A stretch of 20,000 bases of DNA from Malacoraja senta. Lineage: Eukaryota. Shown piece by piece: positions 17,071-20,000 of the stretch. Each line of letters starts with the position of its first letter. Position 1 is the stretch's first letter. A model generated the notes under the pieces. That model worked only from the letters and a program-made list of their open reading frames with translations, was not told the DNA's origin and made no database searches. The DNA lies in contig CM075997.1 in the NCBI GenBank assembly GCA_038087875.1, positions 9,167,849 to 9,187,848 on the forward strand, given 5' to 3'. The position numbers were made by a program, and so were the translations under genes.

Positions 17071-20000
17071 GAGCAAATATGTAAGGAGATAGCAGATATT
17101 AGTAGTAAGCACAAGGTAGTGATTGTGGGAGATTTCAATTTTCCACACATAGACTGGGAAACACATTCTGTAAAAGGGCTGGATGGTTTGGAGTTTGTAA
17201 AATGTGTGCAAGATAGTTTTTTGCAGCAATACATAGAGGTACCTACTAGAGAAGGGGCAGTGCTGGACCTCCTGTTAGGAAATGAGACAGGGCAGGTGGC
17301 GGAGGTATGCGTCGGGGAGCACTTCGGGTCCAGTGATCACAATACCATTAGTTTCAATATAATTATGGAGAGGGTCAGAACTGGACCTAGGGTTGAGATT
17401 TTTGTTTGGAGAAAGGCTAACTTTGAGGAGATGCGAAAGGATTTAAAAGGAGTGAATTGGGACATGTTGTTTTATGGGAAGGATGTAGAAGAAAAATGGA
17501 GGACATTTAAGGGTGAAATTTTAAGAGTACAGAATCTTTATGTCCCTGTTCGTTTGAAAGGAAATAGTAAAAAATGGAAAGAGCCATGGTTTTCAAGGGA
17601 AATTGGACACTTGGTTCGGAAAAAGAGAGAGATCTACAATATTTATAGGCAGCATGGAGTAAATGAGGTGCTTGAGGAGTATAAAGAATGTAAAAAGAAT
17701 ATTAAGAAAGAAATTAGAAAAGCTAAAAGAAGATATGAGGTTGCTTTGGCAAGTAAGGTGAAAGTAAATCCAAAGGGTTTCTACAGCTATATTAATAGCA
17801 AAATGCTAATAGTTTAATGCTCACAAATGTGAGGTGCTACATCTCGGCAGGACAAATCAAAATAGGACGTACACGGTAAATGGTAGCGAATTGAGGAATG
17901 CAGTTGAACAGAGGGATCTAGGAATAACTGTGCATTGTTCCCTGAAGGTGGAATCTCATGTAGATAGGGTGGTAAAGAAAGCTTTTGGTGTGCTGGCCTT
18001 TATAAATCAGAGCATTGAATATAGAAGTTGGGATGTAATGTTAAAGTTGTACAAGGCATTGTTGAGGCCAATTCTGGAGTATGGAGTACAATTTTGGTCG
18101 CCTAATTATAGGAAGGATGTCAACAAAATAGAGAGAGTACAGAGGAGATTTACTAGAATGTTGCCTGGGTTTCAGCAACTAAGTTACAGAGAAAGGTTGA
18201 ACAAGTTAGGTCTTTATTCTTTGGAGCGCAGAAGGTTAAGAGGGGACTTGATAGAGGTCTTTAAAATTATGAGCGGGTTAGACAGAGTGGACGTGGATAA
18301 GCTTTTCCCATTGAGAGTAGGGAAGATTCAAACAAGGGGACATGACTTGAGAATTAAGGGACAGAAGTTTAGGGGGAACATTAGGGGGAACTTCTTTACT
18401 CAGAGAGTGGTAGCTGTGTGGAATGAGCTTCCAGTGGAAGTGGTGGAGGCAGGTTCGATATTATCCTTTAAAAATAGATTGGATGGGTATATGGATGGGA
18501 AAGGAATGGAGGGTTATGGTCTGAGTGCAGGTAGATGGGACTAGGGGGAAGTATTTATTTTTTTTTAAAAAAAAATTTTTAATTTTTTTTAAATGTTCGG
18601 CATGGACTTGAAGGGCCGAGATGGCCTGATTCCGTGCTGTTATGGTTATATCGTTATATGGTTATAAAAGGATAACAAGGAATAAAATTGGTCCATTAGA
18701 GAGTCAGAGTGGACAGCTATCTGCAGAGCCAAAAGAGATGGGTGAGATATTGAACAATTTCTTTTCTTCGGTATTCACGAAGGAGAAGGATATGGAATTA
18801 TGTGAGGTAAGGGAAACAAGCAGAGTAGCAATGGAAACTGTGAGATTCAAAGAAGAGGAGGTGCGGACACTTTTGAAAAATATGAAAACGGATAAGTCTC
18901 CAGGTCCTGACAGGATATTCCCTAGGACATTGAGGGAAGTTAGTGTAGAAATAGCAGGGGCTATGACAGAAATATTTCAAATGTCATTAGAAACGGGAAT
19001 AGTGCCGGAGGATTGGCGTACTGCGCATGTTGTTCCGTTGTTTAAAAAGGGTTCGAAGAGTAAACCTAGCAATTATAGACCTGTTAGTTTGACGTCAGTG
19101 GTGGGCAAATTAATGGGAAGGATACTTAAAGATAATATATATAAGCATCTGGATAAGCAGGGTCTGATTAGGAACAGTCAACATGGATTTGTGCCTGGAA
19201 GGTCATGTTTGACTAATCTCCTTGAATTTTTCGAAGAGGTTACTAGGGAAATTGATGAGGGTAAAGCAGTGGATGTTGTCTATATGGACTTCAGTAAGGC
19301 CTTTGACAAGGTTCCTCATGGAAGGTTGGTTAAGAAGATTCAACTGTTGGGTATTAATGGTGGAGTAGCAAGATGGATTCAACAGTGGCTGAATGGGAGA
19401 TGCCAGAGAGTAATGGTGGATGGCTGTTTGTCAGGTTGGAGGCCGGTGACTAGTGGGGTGCCTCAGGGGTCTGTGTTGGGTCCACTGTTGTTTGTCATGT
19501 ACATCAATGATCTGGATGATGGTGTGGAAAATTGGATTAGTAAGTATGCAGATGATACTAAGATAGGTGGTGTTGTGGATAATGAAGTAGATTTTCAAAG
19601 TCTACAGAGAGATTTAGGCCATTTGGAAGAGTGGGCTGAAAGATGGCAGATGGAGTTTAATGCTGACAAATGTGAGATGCTACATCTCGGCAGGACAAAT
19701 CAAAATAGGACGTACACGGTAAATGGTAGCGAATTGAGGAATGCAGTTGAACGGAGGGATCTAGGAATAACTGTGCATAGTTCCCTGAAGGTGGAATCTC
19801 ATGTAGATAGGGTGGTAAAGAAAGCTTTTGGTGTGCTGGCCTTTATAAATCAGAGCATTGAATATAGAAGTTGGGATGTAATGTTAAAATTGTACAAGGC
19901 ATTGGTGAGGCCAATTCTGGAGTATGGAGTACAATTTTGGTCGCCTAATTATAGGAAGGATGTCAACAAAATAGAGAGAGTACAGAGGAGATTTACTAGA
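17070..20000 (+). mobile_element. 5'-truncated CR1-A copy (starts within the endonuclease), interrupted at 17803/18666 and running off the window
   Basis: 17070-17803 matches 8826-9559 and 18666-20000 matches 9556-10890, with only scattered substitutions. Confidence 0.96.
17811..18666 (+). mobile_element. 5'-truncated CR1-A copy nested in another CR1-A copy, same orientation
   Basis: Matches from ~10543 to the complete 3'UTR and tail. AAAA is repeated at 17800-17803 and 18666-18669; 7-bp filler at 17804-17810. Confidence 0.93.

Overview
Eukaryotic genomic DNA, most likely from a cartilaginous fish such as a skate or ray (inferred from the repeat families, not proven). The large majority of the window is retroelement-derived. 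It holds five near-identical copies of one young CR1-clade LINE family (here 'CR1-A', with a (TATATGGT)n tail), one of them almost full length with open ORF1 (zinc finger + SGNH esterase) and open ORF2 (APE endonuclease + RT). It also holds two decayed copies of a second CR1 family ('CR1-B'), several old CR1 relics, a Penelope-like element (RT + GIY-YIG) split by a CR1 insertion, several short Penelope terminal-repeat copies with hammerhead-ribozyme core motifs, and a tRNA-derived V-domain SINE with a nested insertion. One GC-rich probable exon on the minus strand (13745-~13003) resembles the C-terminal part of Harbinger-type Myb/SANT proteins. The most notable signal is at the CR1 ORF1/ORF2 junction: ORF2 has no AUG before its endonuclease domain and lies in the -1 frame, and ORF1 ends in a correctly phased slippery heptamer T TTA AAC followed by TAG. 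This suggests programmed -1 ribosomal frameshifting to an ORF1-ORF2 fusion. Other items are a ~0.9 kb inverted repeat formed by two tail-to-tail CR1 copies, a CR1 inserted into its own family, a short (TTAGGG)3 scar, and an old tandem duplication.
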